Assembly (NCBI GenBank): GCA_964480345.1 | Contig: CAYZNW010000005.1 | Location: forward strand, 9,980-64,072 | DNA: 54,093 nucleotides | Direction: 5' to 3' | Source: an uncultured Candidatus Saccharibacteria bacterium | GTDB lineage: Bacteria > Patescibacteriota > Dojkabacteria > SC72 | In this document: positions 19,703 through 29,595 of the stretch, piece after piece | How positions within the stretch are numbered: the first letter of the stretch is position 1 | Layout of the letters: the number at the start of each line of letters is the position of its first letter | Position numbers and translations under genes: made by a program | Notes under the pieces: generated by a model | Told to the model about the DNA's origin: nothing | The model's database searches: none | The model's input: the letters and a program-made list of their open reading frames with translations, nothing else

Positions 19703-20194
19703 TTAATAAAAGATGTATTTTTTGATCTTAGAATATTTTTCTACCTCTGACTTAATTAACTCTTTTTCTTGAAGCTCAGGATAATAGAATATATCTATTC
19801 TGGGTAATGTCTTTTGCATATCTGCTTGCAAGCTGAAACCATTTAAAATCAGTAAAATTTTCCCTTTATGATTATCTTGTTTTTGTATTGCTTGTATAGT
19901 TTTTGAAGTCAATTGCTTAACTATAAAACAAATATCATATTTCTCATTAAGTTTCTTTGCTGTGTGTGATAATTGCTTCTTGTTAGCTTCTTTTTTCAAG
20001 AGATATATGTTTAAATCTCTTTTTGCAATAAGGTCGTCGTAGTAATCTAATTGTTCTTTGAGGTTCTTAATTCGGTTATACTTCTCTTTTAGTATATGGT
20101 GCTTCACAGGTAGTCTTTCTGATATAATGTTTTGAAATGATATCATAACTTGATGTAAAATTGGTAGCAATTTATGAAAAACAAAAAACCTCAT
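19703..20194 (-). CDS. Hypothetical coiled-coil protein, coupled to the downstream GT4 (true start probably ATG at 20146)
   Basis: ORF ends 2 nt before the GT4 start. The longest start overlaps the divergent 20174 gene, which favours the internal ATG. Confidence 0.55.
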   Translation of the reverse strand: MRFFVFHKLLPILHQVMISFQNIISERLPVKHHILKEKYNRIKNLKEQLDYYDDLIAKRDLNIYLLKKEANKKQLSHTAKKLNEKYDICFIVKQLTSKTIQAIQKQDNHKGKILLILNGFSLQADMQKTLPRIDIFYYPELQEKELIKSEVEKYSKIKKYIFY

Positions 20195-23100
20195 GTCAGT
20201 ATAATAATTACTTGTTTCAATTTAGGAGAATTCTTAAAAGAAGCTGTTGATTCTGCACTAAATCAAACTTACAAAGATAAAGATATTCTGCTTATAGATG
20301 ATGGTTCTACAGACAAAAAAACTATAAAAGTTATCAAAGAGATAGAGAAAGAAAATCTGGTAAAAGTTGTTAGAATACCAAATGGAGGAGTCGCAAATGC
20401 TAGAAATCTTGCAATTAGCAAAACAGAAGGAGAGTATATATGCTGTCTTGATGCTGATGACATCTTAAATGAGAAATATATAGAAAAGGTTGTAGATACT
20501 TTTGAGAAGAATAAAGATAATAAACAATTAGCAGTAGTATCATCATGGGTACAGAAGTTTGGAGGAAGTAATGAAGTTTGGAAAACTAGAGAGTATGATC
20601 CTGTAGAGGTACTCTGGTCGAATCCTATTCATATTTCTTCTGTTTTCAAGAGAGAAGCTTTTAATAAATTAGATGGTTATGATACCAAAATGATAGGGTA
20701 TCAAGATTGGGATTTATGGATATCTTTAGTAGAACTATCGTATGAGTGGAAAATTATTCCTGAGAAACTGTTTTTGTATAGAGTTCGTGAAAATTCTATG
20801 ATAAAAAATTCTGATTCCAAAAGATTACAGCTTTTATCTTATATTATAGATAAACATTCGAATCTTTATTCTAAATATAAAAAAGAGTTATTGCTATCTT
20901 ATGAAGAAATGCGTCTAGGATTAGAAGATGATAATATGAAGAAATGGGAGAGTAAAAGAAAATATGAAGAAGCATATGCTGGACAAAAACTAGTTGTTAA
21001 TATACTGGAGAGTGATAAGAATAATATAAAGATGGAGTATATTCGGTTAAAGGATGATTTAGATGTTCTCAAATCTTCTAAGTTCTTTTTATTACGCTCT
21101 TGGATTGGTAGGCTTAGAAAAAATCTAAGGGCTACTATCAGCAAGATACTTGTTTTATTCAAATATTTATATTTATCTGTTAAATCGAGAATTACTTTAT
21201 TACGGATGGTATCCTCAAGATACAGTATGATTACATTGGATGTTTTTGACACTTTAATTCGAAGAACTGTTTATCCAGAAGAGGTTAAATTAGCGTCTAG
21301 TTTGTATATAGCATTAAAATATTCCAATATTTTTAATAGATATTATGATAAATGGGAGATTTATAACAGAAGATTAGAGATAGAGAAAAACATTTGGGAG
21401 GAAAAAAGTGAGTATAGGATAGAGGAAGTACTTTGTTTATTAATAGAATATATTACTAAAGATATAAAAGCTGATGAGATTAATAAAATAGTTGAAGATG
21501 TAATAGATTATGAAATAAGTATAGAGCAGAAAGTCATATATCCTGATAAGTTCATGAAAAATTTACTTGATAGAAAATTATCTAAAGAAAATCAAATTTT
21601 TATTTCTGATTTCTATCTAGGGAAAAAATATCTATTAAAATTACTTAATAAACACTATCCTAAACTTACAGATGGTATGGTATCTTGCGACTACGGTACA
21701 AATAAAGCATCTGGAAATTTATTTAAAGTGTTTTTAGAAGAAAATCCTAGTTTGAAGGCATCTGAAGTTTTACATTTAGGAGATAACAATCATTCAGATT
21801 ACTTAATGCCGAAAGAGAACGGTTTAAATGCTGTACGATACTTTAATCTAACTGAAGAATTAAAAAGGTATTCATTAAAAGAATCATGGCTTAATAAAGG
21901 AGAGAAATTGAGTATAGAAGGGGAATTGGACAATCTTAGTAATAGTATTAAAGGTAATAATAAAACAAATGGATCAGTTGAACAAGAAATGTTTAAGCTA
22001 GGAGTAAAATATTCTCCTATATTTTATAGCTTTGTTTTAAATATTATTGAATCTTTGAAGATGGAGGGTCTGGATAAGGTATACTTTCTAACTAGAGAAG
22101 GTGTTTTCTTTAGCAGAATATATGAGGAAATAATTAAATCTAGAAGTTATATTGGTTGTGAATTCGATGTCTTAGAAGTGAGTAGAATGGCTACTTTCTT
22201 TCCTAGTGTAGAGAGCTTTTCACTTAATGGCTTCCAACGATTGTGGAGTCAGTACAAAGAACAGTCTCCAAAAAGCTTCTTTAAGACATTAGATATCGAT
22301 ATTAAATTAGTAGAAAAGTTTCTTAGTAAATACCAAATAGATTTAGATAAAGAAGTAGCTTTATCTACTAATGAGAGCTTTAGACAACTTTTCTTAGATG
22401 AGGAATTTCTTGGATTAATGAATGATATATTAGAAAAAAGAAAAAATGTGTTTTCTAAATATCTTTCTCAAAAAGGAATAGTTAATGAATATGGTAAAAA
22501 GTATATGATAGTAGATATCGGTTGGAGAGGTTCTATACAGGATAATTTAGCTATATTTTTAGATAAAACAATTATATACGGAAAATATCTAGGGCTTCAT
22601 TCAGCTTATTATAATTCTCCTATAAATGTAATGAAATCAGCATACGGTCCGGATTACAAAATAGATTCTCGTAAAGATCTCGATTTAGTTAACTGGACTG
22701 GAGTATGGGAAATGTTATCTAATTCTGACTCAGGGAGTATTCGGGGATATGAAGATGACGGCTCTGGCAATATTGTTTCTATACCAAAGGAGGAGCAATC
22801 AGAAACTTTTGTTCATGATAAATATGTCAAATTTTTTCAAGATGGAGTTCTTGCTTCAATTGGATCAATAGATGAAGTTGTATCTGCAAGAGGTCTGAGT
22901 TCATATGATTTAAGAAACTATGTGTTTAAGAAAATGGGTGAATTAGTTTATATGCCTGAGAAAGTGTTAGCAGAAGCGTATTTCTCTTTAAATCATAATG
23001 AGACATTTGGATTAGGGAGATTTGTAAACATGAAAAAGTTCACTGAGGTTGCAAAAATTAATATATTTAAGTTATTCCTTTCTAGAAAATATAGAAAAGA

Positions 23101-23218
23101 AGTATATACTTCAGCATGGAAATCTTGTTGGCGTAATGGGTTCTGGACTTTATATGATATTAATAAACCTATGCGATATTTTGAGAAATTAAGATTCTTC
23201 ATTAAAGGTAAACTATGA
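20174..23218 (+). CDS. Multidomain protein: GT2, coiled coil, HAD-like phosphatase, PRTase-like domain (possible ribofuranosyltransferase)
   Basis: GT2: SIIITCFN, IDDGSTD, CLDADD, QDWDLW. HAD: TLDVFDTLIRR, HLGDNNHSD. PRTase-like: FLTREG, VDIGWRGSIQ. Confidence 0.8.
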   Translation: MKNKKPHVSIIITCFNLGEFLKEAVDSALNQTYKDKDILLIDDGSTDKKTIKVIKEIEKENLVKVVRIPNGGVANARNLAISKTEGEYICCLDADDILNEKYIEKVVDTFEKNKDNKQLAVVSSWVQKFGGSNEVWKTREYDPVEVLWSNPIHISSVFKREAFNKLDGYDTKMIGYQDWDLWISLVELSYEWKIIPEKLFLYRVRENSMIKNSDSKRLQLLSYIIDKHSNLYSKYKKELLLSYEEMRLGLEDDNMKKWESKRKYEEAYAGQKLVVNILESDKNNIKMEYIRLKDDLDVLKSSKFFLLRSWIGRLRKNLRATISKILVLFKYLYLSVKSRITLLRMVSSRYSMITLDVFDTLIRRTVYPEEVKLASSLYIALKYSNIFNRYYDKWEIYNRRLEIEKNIWEEKSEYRIEEVLCLLIEYITKDIKADEINKIVEDVIDYEISIEQKVIYPDKFMKNLLDRKLSKENQIFISDFYLGKKYLLKLLNKHYPKLTDGMVSCDYGTNKASGNLFKVFLEENPSLKASEVLHLGDNNHSDYLMPKENGLNAVRYFNLTEELKRYSLKESWLNKGEKLSIEGELDNLSNSIKGNNKTNGSVEQEMFKLGVKYSPIFYSFVLNIIESLKMEGLDKVYFLTREGVFFSRIYEEIIKSRSYIGCEFDVLEVSRMATFFPSVESFSLNGFQRLWSQYKEQSPKSFFKTLDIDIKLVEKFLSKYQIDLDKEVALSTNESFRQLFLDEEFLGLMNDILEKRKNVFSKYLSQKGIVNEYGKKYMIVDIGWRGSIQDNLAIFLDKTIIYGKYLGLHSAYYNSPINVMKSAYGPDYKIDSRKDLDLVNWTGVWEMLSNSDSGSIRGYEDDGSGNIVSIPKEEQSETFVHDKYVKFFQDGVLASIGSIDEVVSARGLSSYDLRNYVFKKMGELVYMPEKVLAEAYFSLNHNETFGLGRFVNMKKFTEVAKINIFKLFLSRKYRKEVYTSAWKSCWRNGFWTLYDINKPMRYFEKLRFFIKGKL

Positions 23219-24462
23219 AGATACTTCTTTGTAATACTTTAGAAAGTAAAGGGGGAGCTGCTAGAAGTAGTAGAAGAATATATGATGCTATTAAGAGGAG
23301 AAATATAGATATAGAATTTTTAGTGGCATACGGGGATTCAAAATCGAATGATGTGGTTGTTAGAAAGGATTTATTCTTTAGACTATTTTATAAATTGATT
23401 CCATATATAGAATCAGTAGTAAAAAGAATATTTACAAGAAGTAAAGAGCCATTTAGCACTTCTTTAATCCCATTTGGATTTACGAGAATTATAAAATCCA
23501 AATCTCCTAATATCTTACACCTTAATTATATTAATAATGGGATGTTATCTATTAGAGATATTGGTTGTTTGAAAATTCCTATTATATGGACATTACATGA
23601 CTCTTGGGCTTTCACAGGAGGATGCCATTTACCATGTAACTATAACTGTGATAATTTTAAGACCGAGTGCCAGTATTGTAAGGTAGTGCAATCTAATAAA
23701 AAATCAGGATTAAGCAGTTTTATATTAAAAGAAAAGAAACGTTTATGGAAAGACAGGAATATTACTATCGTTTGTCCTAGTAAGTGGTTAGCGAGTTGTG
23801 CTAAAAGTAGTGCTATATTTTCGGACAAACGAGTAGAAGTAATACCTAATCCTATTGATACCTCCATCTTTAAACCTAGAGATAGAAAAGAAGCTTGTAA
23901 ACGATTTAACTTAGAAGAAAATAAAAAATATATCTTATTTGGGGCAGTAAATTCTTTACATGATAAAAATAAAGGCTTCGAGTTTCTTAATAAAGCTTTG
24001 GAAAAAGAAAAATTTGAAAATACAGAACTTATTATCTTAGGTGCTGATACAAATGATAATATAGAAATTAAATATCCATATAGAAATATAGGATATATTA
24101 CTGATGAGCAAGAGTTATCATACCTATATTCTGCGGTTGATACTTGTATAGTTCCTTCATTATCTGAAAATTTACCTAATGTGATTTTAGAATCGTTAGC
24201 TTGTGGGACTCCTGTTATAGCTTCGAATGTAGGCGGTATCCCTGAAATTATTACAGAAAATAGATACGGTATGCTTACGGAACCTAAAGACTTTATTGCT
24301 TTAGGAGACTCTATCTCTAAAATTCTTAAAAATGGAAGTACAAATGATATACGTAGATTGCGACATAAATACATAGTAGAGAATTATTCATACTCAACAG
24401 TAGCTGAAAAATATATTAATTTGTATAAAAGTATTTTAAGAGATGAAAATAGTGATATTTAA
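23215..24462 (+). CDS. GT4 glycosyltransferase (WcaC-like)
   Basis: GGAAR, WTLHDSWAFTGGCH, PNPID, ENLPNVILESLACGTPV. Confidence 0.92.
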   Translation: MKILLCNTLESKGGAARSSRRIYDAIKRRNIDIEFLVAYGDSKSNDVVVRKDLFFRLFYKLIPYIESVVKRIFTRSKEPFSTSLIPFGFTRIIKSKSPNILHLNYINNGMLSIRDIGCLKIPIIWTLHDSWAFTGGCHLPCNYNCDNFKTECQYCKVVQSNKKSGLSSFILKEKKRLWKDRNITIVCPSKWLASCAKSSAIFSDKRVEVIPNPIDTSIFKPRDRKEACKRFNLEENKKYILFGAVNSLHDKNKGFEFLNKALEKEKFENTELIILGADTNDNIEIKYPYRNIGYITDEQELSYLYSAVDTCIVPSLSENLPNVILESLACGTPVIASNVGGIPEIITENRYGMLTEPKDFIALGDSISKILKNGSTNDIRRLRHKYIVENYSYSTVAEKYINLYKSILRDENSDI

Positions 24463-25318
24463 AGGTGGTGGTAGATTGGGAAATCAAATATTTCAATACT
24501 GTTTTCTTAAGAATTTTGCTAAAGAAAGAAGTATATTGATAACTTTCAATTTCAAAGAGTTTAAAGAGTTATTTCATTACTATGATTGGATTATTAATAT
24601 TAGCAATTCTTTTATCATACAAATATATGATCGATATATTTATAAGTTATTAGAAATTCTTCTGAAGAGAAAAATAATAGGCTATGCTTCTGTAATTAGA
24701 ACTGATTTAGATGGGAATTTAGCGGAAACTAGTAAATATGAGTTTATAAAAGGTTTCCTTCCTGTAATCCTTGTTGGAGAAGGATATTTCCAGTCAGAGA
24801 AAATGTTTGATGTCAGTATTATTAAAAATATAAAGATTAAAGATAAATATCTTGAAGATGCTAGAAACTTTCTTACTAAGAATCTTCATGGAAAGAAAAC
24901 TTGTTTTGTACATGTCAGAAGAGGTGACTATTTAAAGATAGAACATCGTATACTTGGTAGTCAAAATTACTCCTTACCTCTAGAATACTATAAAAAAGCA
25001 GTGAATAAGGTATTAGCTAGAAATAATAAAATATGTTTTGTGATAATGTCGGATGATTATGAATATATTAAAAAGAATTTTTCTTTCATTAAGAACAAAG
25101 TGTTATCAGATCAAAACATGTATATAGATTTCACAATTCAAACTTTATGTGATGCAGGAATAATAGCTAACAGTAGCTTTTCTTGGTGGGGTGGTTATTT
25201 AGCTAATTGTAGTAATGATGAAATCGTGGTGCCAAAGAACTTCTTAGGTTTTAAAAATGGCTTCGAGTATCCTCGTGATATTCTTAGTTGTTTTACTAAT
25301 AGGGTAGATGTATCATAA
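24443..25318 (+). CDS. GT11 alpha-1,2-fucosyltransferase-like protein
   Basis: GRLGNQIFQY, GYFQSE, HVRRGDY, IIANSSFSWWG. Confidence 0.92.
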   Translation: MKIVIFKGGGRLGNQIFQYCFLKNFAKERSILITFNFKEFKELFHYYDWIINISNSFIIQIYDRYIYKLLEILLKRKIIGYASVIRTDLDGNLAETSKYEFIKGFLPVILVGEGYFQSEKMFDVSIIKNIKIKDKYLEDARNFLTKNLHGKKTCFVHVRRGDYLKIEHRILGSQNYSLPLEYYKKAVNKVLARNNKICFVIMSDDYEYIKKNFSFIKNKVLSDQNMYIDFTIQTLCDAGIIANSSFSWWGGYLANCSNDEIVVPKNFLGFKNGFEYPRDILSCFTNRVDVS

Positions 25319-25348
25319 ATTTGTTGCTTTAAATTCTTAAAACTAGTT

Positions 25349-26035
25349 ATGAACCAAGATACAAGAGAGGAGTGGTTGAAGAAAACATTGTTGAAAATAA
25401 AAAAAGGTAAAATTTTGGATGCTGGAGCAGGTCAGTTGAAATATAAAGATCTTTGTAAACATTTGGAGTATGTAAGTCAAGATTTCGGAGAGTATGATGG
25501 TGTTGGAGATTCTCGTGGGTTACAAATGGGGACTTATGATAATAGTAAGCTAGATATAGTTTCCGATATTATAGATATTCCTGTGAAAGAAAATTCATTT
25601 GATGCTGTTATGTGTATCGAGGTATTAGAGCACCTACCGTATCCGGATAAAGCTATTAAGGAATTAAGTAGAGTGTTGAAAAAAGGAGGTATGTTTATAC
25701 TTACTGCACCATTTAATTCTTTAACCCATTATGCTCCATATTATTTTTGTACAGGATTTAGTAGATATTGGTATGAGAAAGTACTGAGTGACAATGGATT
25801 TGAAATAATTGATATACAATTTAATGGTAATTTCTTTGATTATTTAAATCAAGAGATGGACAGAGCTATATATATGGCAGATAAATACTCGAAAATTTCA
25901 AAAGTAAAAAGATATTTGTATAGTGAACTATTTAGAAAGAGCTGTAATGCTTTGGGCGATATTTCAAAATACGATAGTGGCTCGTCCGAACTTCTTTGTT
26001 TTGGAATTCATATATTAGCTAAGAAAATCAAATAA
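25349..26035 (+). CDS. Class I SAM-dependent methyltransferase (type 11)
   Basis: ILDAGAG, FDAVMCIEVLEH, ILTAPF...HYAPY. Confidence 0.9.
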   Translation: MNQDTREEWLKKTLLKIKKGKILDAGAGQLKYKDLCKHLEYVSQDFGEYDGVGDSRGLQMGTYDNSKLDIVSDIIDIPVKENSFDAVMCIEVLEHLPYPDKAIKELSRVLKKGGMFILTAPFNSLTHYAPYYFCTGFSRYWYEKVLSDNGFEIIDIQFNGNFFDYLNQEMDRAIYMADKYSKISKVKRYLYSELFRKSCNALGDISKYDSGSSELLCFGIHILAKKIK

Positions 26036-26037
26036 TA

Positions 26038-27882
26038 ATGTCAAAATTATATTCTTTTCTCAGTAAATATGGCATATATCTTTTACTGGGGGCATGTCTT
26101 GGTCTAGGCTTGTTATCACTGAAATTTCAGAATAATGTTCTAGATGATGACTTTTATCTTTTTGAAACATCTATACTTACCCACTGTATTAAAAACTTCC
26201 AATGGTTTGGTAACTATGCAGTAGGAGTGCACGGCTCCCTCTTTAAATTACCAGTTGCCTTAATATTCCTACTAACAGGACCCTCCTTAACAATAGCTAC
26301 AATATATAACATACTCCTCTCCTGTATTACACTTTACATCTTCTATCTAATTCTAAAGAAAATATTCCCAAATACCATATACCCATTACTAGGTACAATA
26401 CTCTTCTTCTGTAACTTCCAATTCATACTAAATTACCCGACATACATGAGAGAAATACCAGTAACCCTCTCTCTTCTCCTCCTACTCTATGCAATACTGC
26501 AGAAAAAATCATACTGGATTGTAGGATTACTACTTCTTCTGGTAATTGAAGCCAAAGAACTCGTCTTCTTTATGATAGTTCCTGGATTAACACTTGGAGT
26601 ACTGATTAGCGAATGGAGTGGATTAAACATCAAAAGTATATGGCGATACATTAAAATATACTTCAAACTATTTATACCAACCCTACTGTATTTACTCCTC
26701 ATGCTATTCACATCAATTATTCCTCTAAACACAGTTATCTTTACAGTAATACCTGGAATAACAGAAGGAGGAGTAGAGTACCAACTAAAACATTTCGAAA
26801 AGAAAGCAGCTACTCAAAGTATCGTAAGACTACAAAACCCAGAAGCAGCAACCATTCAAGATATAGTCCAACCAGAAGTACAGGAGAAAAAAGTAGAAGA
26901 CCAACCAATCTTAAAAAGTATAACTAAAATTTGGAACACAGTTGTAAGCTATATAGGTAAATTCCTCTATCCTAGAACATTCTCATTCCTTTCCATACCA
27001 AAAATAATATTCTTCCCAGCTCTCCTAGCATCATTCGTCCTATTTAAAAACTTTGTTAAGAAAAAACAATCCTTCTTCGTAATACTCTCACTAATTCTTT
27101 GGTCTTTCACATCTGTATATATACTAAGACAATCATTTGATAGATATATGTTTCCAATAACACCAGTAATTTTAATATTCTTCTTGAAGTACTTAACAGA
27201 TATCTCTAAAAAAAGAAAAATGTTCATATTAATCTTCACAGTATCCTCCCTACTTGCAATGCTAGGTTTACTTTTCGAAGCTGAGTACATAATGATTAAA
27301 TTTGTACTTAATGCTGTAGTAATGGTGATGCTGATAGGATATTTCTTAATACCAAAAGAAGCAAAAAACGATATCTTTCGTTTCCTTACTATCGCACTCA
27401 TAGGAGGGGTAACATTTGCAGTCTCAATATTCTACTACTACGCTTCTGGTCAACTACATCAATATATTAAATTTGGTAACGACTATGAAGTTCATGAAGT
27501 TATTAAACATTTTGATAAAGGAGAGAAAATATTAATTAATGATCCAGGGTGGGATTTACTAATTGGTACATATAGAGGTAATAGAGCGTACAATCCAGAG
27601 TGGAAGTGGTCTTTGCGAGATTGGGTACCAAGAAAAAAACATCTTAAAATGTTTGATGATGTAGACTCCTATGTGATTTCAGGAAAAGATGTAGAGGAAG
27701 ATAGAGAGATGGTAGAGGAGTATGGAATAGAAGGAGTGGGGTTAGTTGTCTCTAAATTAGAGGATACACAATTCCCATATCAGGATAGATTAGAAGGGTA
27801 TATGAATATAGATTGGTTAGAGTTAGAAGAGAAAGTGGATCTAAAGAACAAAGAGTTATATATATTCAAAGTGACTAAATAG
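26038..27882 (+). CDS. GT-C fold (PMT/ArnT-like) multi-pass membrane glycosyltransferase
   Basis: DDD in the first loop, HGSLF, YMREIP, EAKE, FDRYMFP; more than 10 TM segments. Confidence 0.65.
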   Translation: MSKLYSFLSKYGIYLLLGACLGLGLLSLKFQNNVLDDDFYLFETSILTHCIKNFQWFGNYAVGVHGSLFKLPVALIFLLTGPSLTIATIYNILLSCITLYIFYLILKKIFPNTIYPLLGTILFFCNFQFILNYPTYMREIPVTLSLLLLLYAILQKKSYWIVGLLLLLVIEAKELVFFMIVPGLTLGVLISEWSGLNIKSIWRYIKIYFKLFIPTLLYLLLMLFTSIIPLNTVIFTVIPGITEGGVEYQLKHFEKKAATQSIVRLQNPEAATIQDIVQPEVQEKKVEDQPILKSITKIWNTVVSYIGKFLYPRTFSFLSIPKIIFFPALLASFVLFKNFVKKKQSFFVILSLILWSFTSVYILRQSFDRYMFPITPVILIFFLKYLTDISKKRKMFILIFTVSSLLAMLGLLFEAEYIMIKFVLNAVVMVMLIGYFLIPKEAKNDIFRFLTIALIGGVTFAVSIFYYYASGQLHQYIKFGNDYEVHEVIKHFDKGEKILINDPGWDLLIGTYRGNRAYNPEWKWSLRDWVPRKKHLKMFDDVDSYVISGKDVEEDREMVEEYGIEGVGLVVSKLEDTQFPYQDRLEGYMNIDWLELEEKVDLKNKELYIFKVTK

Positions 27883-27892
27883 GGGAAGGGGT

Positions 27893-28651
27893 TTATTTCT
27901 CTTGCATAATTTTCATAGTTTCTCTATACCCTATATCAATAATATCTTGCCTCTCTTTTAGTAGCTGTAGCGTAGTATACTCAGTAAAATCTAGATGTAT
28001 CTGTTTCTCTGCTTTAGCTAAATCTCTCTTAGTAGAATGATACATAAGGGCATTAAACATACACTCTTGTAACTCTTTGTATGAAAATGCCTGTAGCGTA
28101 TTCTTTCTGTAAGATTCTAAACCTACTCCTAAAACTTCTTCTCCTCCAATACTCTTAACTGCATCCACAGGAACATTTTCAGCAATTCCTCCATCTACCA
28201 ATGGCTTACTGTCATATGTGTAGTAACCAAAAATAAATGGTAGAGAACAGCTAGCTCGTACTACATCTACAATAGATCCTTCTTTATGATATATCTTCTC
28301 CCCAGAATTTAAATCTAAAGTAACAGCTACAAAAGGTATCTTACAATCCTTAAAAGATTTACCTTCTAAATACTGATTAATGAAAAAGAGAAGCCAATCT
28401 CTCTGTCTAGATGTCTTAGCATATTCGTAATATGAACTTACTATTGTTTTTACATTAAGCTCTTTAGAGAATTCTTCTAACTTTGTGGCATCTCCATATA
28501 TAGAGTAAAGAGCACCTACAAAAGCACCTGCGCTACTCCCTCCAATATGAGTTATCTCTACATCTAACTCTTCTAAAGCTTTTAGTACACCAATGTGGGC
28601 AAAACCTTTTACTGCTCCCCCACCAAGAGCTAAAGCTATCTTTTTCTTCAT
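27893..28651 (-). CDS. Patatin-like phospholipase
   Basis: LGGGAVKGFAHIG, GSSAG, VRASCSLP, VDGG. Confidence 0.93.
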   Translation of the reverse strand: MKKKIALALGGGAVKGFAHIGVLKALEELDVEITHIGGSSAGAFVGALYSIYGDATKLEEFSKELNVKTIVSSYYEYAKTSRQRDWLLFFINQYLEGKSFKDCKIPFVAVTLDLNSGEKIYHKEGSIVDVVRASCSLPFIFGYYTYDSKPLVDGGIAENVPVDAVKSIGGEEVLGVGLESYRKNTLQAFSYKELQECMFNALMYHSTKRDLAKAEKQIHLDFTEYTTLQLLKERQDIIDIGYRETMKIMQEK

Positions 28652-28669
28652 AAGATAAATATTTAACTA

Positions 28670-29536
28670 TTACTGTATATCATTAAAAAAATCTAAAACC
28701 TCTAAGGTATATTCCGTATCAATATCAAAATGACCTACATTTGGAACTGTCACAAGCTCTACTTCTTTCTCAAAAGATTGTAGCCTTTTAATTAAATTTG
28801 TAGTCATGGAGTAAGGTACATTCACATCTTTATTCCCATGCCATATCTTTATGGGGATATCAAAAATATTCTGAACTCTGCCACTGTTCCATGTAGTTGC
28901 ATAACTAGTTGGAGCTAGTAACGCTATCTTCGCTATATCTTCAGGATACTTTTCTGCATAGTTCATAGTAACTAAACCTCCCATACTAAAACCAAGAAGA
29001 TATATCTCTCCATTCGTTTTGTAATTCTCATCGATATACTCTATTAGTTTCCTCGTATCCTCTATAGCTAGGCTATTTCCCCAGTTATCTCCATGCTGAT
29101 TAGAAGCAGCGAAGATATATCCATCATTTACAAAAATATCTGCATAGAAATCTAAGTCTTTAGTTAATTGATTTGTTGGATTTGAAGAGACGGAGTAGGT
29201 AGAACCGTGGCTGTATATGACTAAGGGATAGAGGATATTATCTCTTGGATTTAAATCAGTTGCAATGTATACCTCTTGTCCATCTATTGTTGTAAATAGG
29301 CTATCAACAACAATCGGTTCTTCTTCCTTAATCTCTTCCTTTTCTTCTGTTTCATTTTCCATAGTTGCAGTATTACTTTCAGTATTGTTATCAGTAGAGA
29401 ACCAAGTGATAATTCTGTCGTAGAAGAAATATCCAATAACTATTAATACAGCAAGAATAAATATGAAGATGAGAGATTTACGAGCTGATGAAGGTTTTCT
29501 TTCTGTTGAGGATTTCATATCTATATTCTTTTTCAT
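28670..29536 (-). CDS. Membrane-anchored alpha/beta hydrolase
   Basis: N-terminal TM; YSHG, GFSMGG, WHGNKDVNVP, GHF. Confidence 0.88.
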   Translation of the reverse strand: MKKNIDMKSSTERKPSSARKSLIFIFILAVLIVIGYFFYDRIITWFSTDNNTESNTATMENETEEKEEIKEEEPIVVDSLFTTIDGQEVYIATDLNPRDNILYPLVIYSHGSTYSVSSNPTNQLTKDLDFYADIFVNDGYIFAASNQHGDNWGNSLAIEDTRKLIEYIDENYKTNGEIYLLGFSMGGLVTMNYAEKYPEDIAKIALLAPTSYATTWNSGRVQNIFDIPIKIWHGNKDVNVPYSMTTNLIKRLQSFEKEVELVTVPNVGHFDIDTEYTLEVLDFFNDIQ

Positions 29537-29595
29537 ACTGTTATGATATCAAATTAACAATCAATATTTAATATATTCGGTAAATTATATAAATA

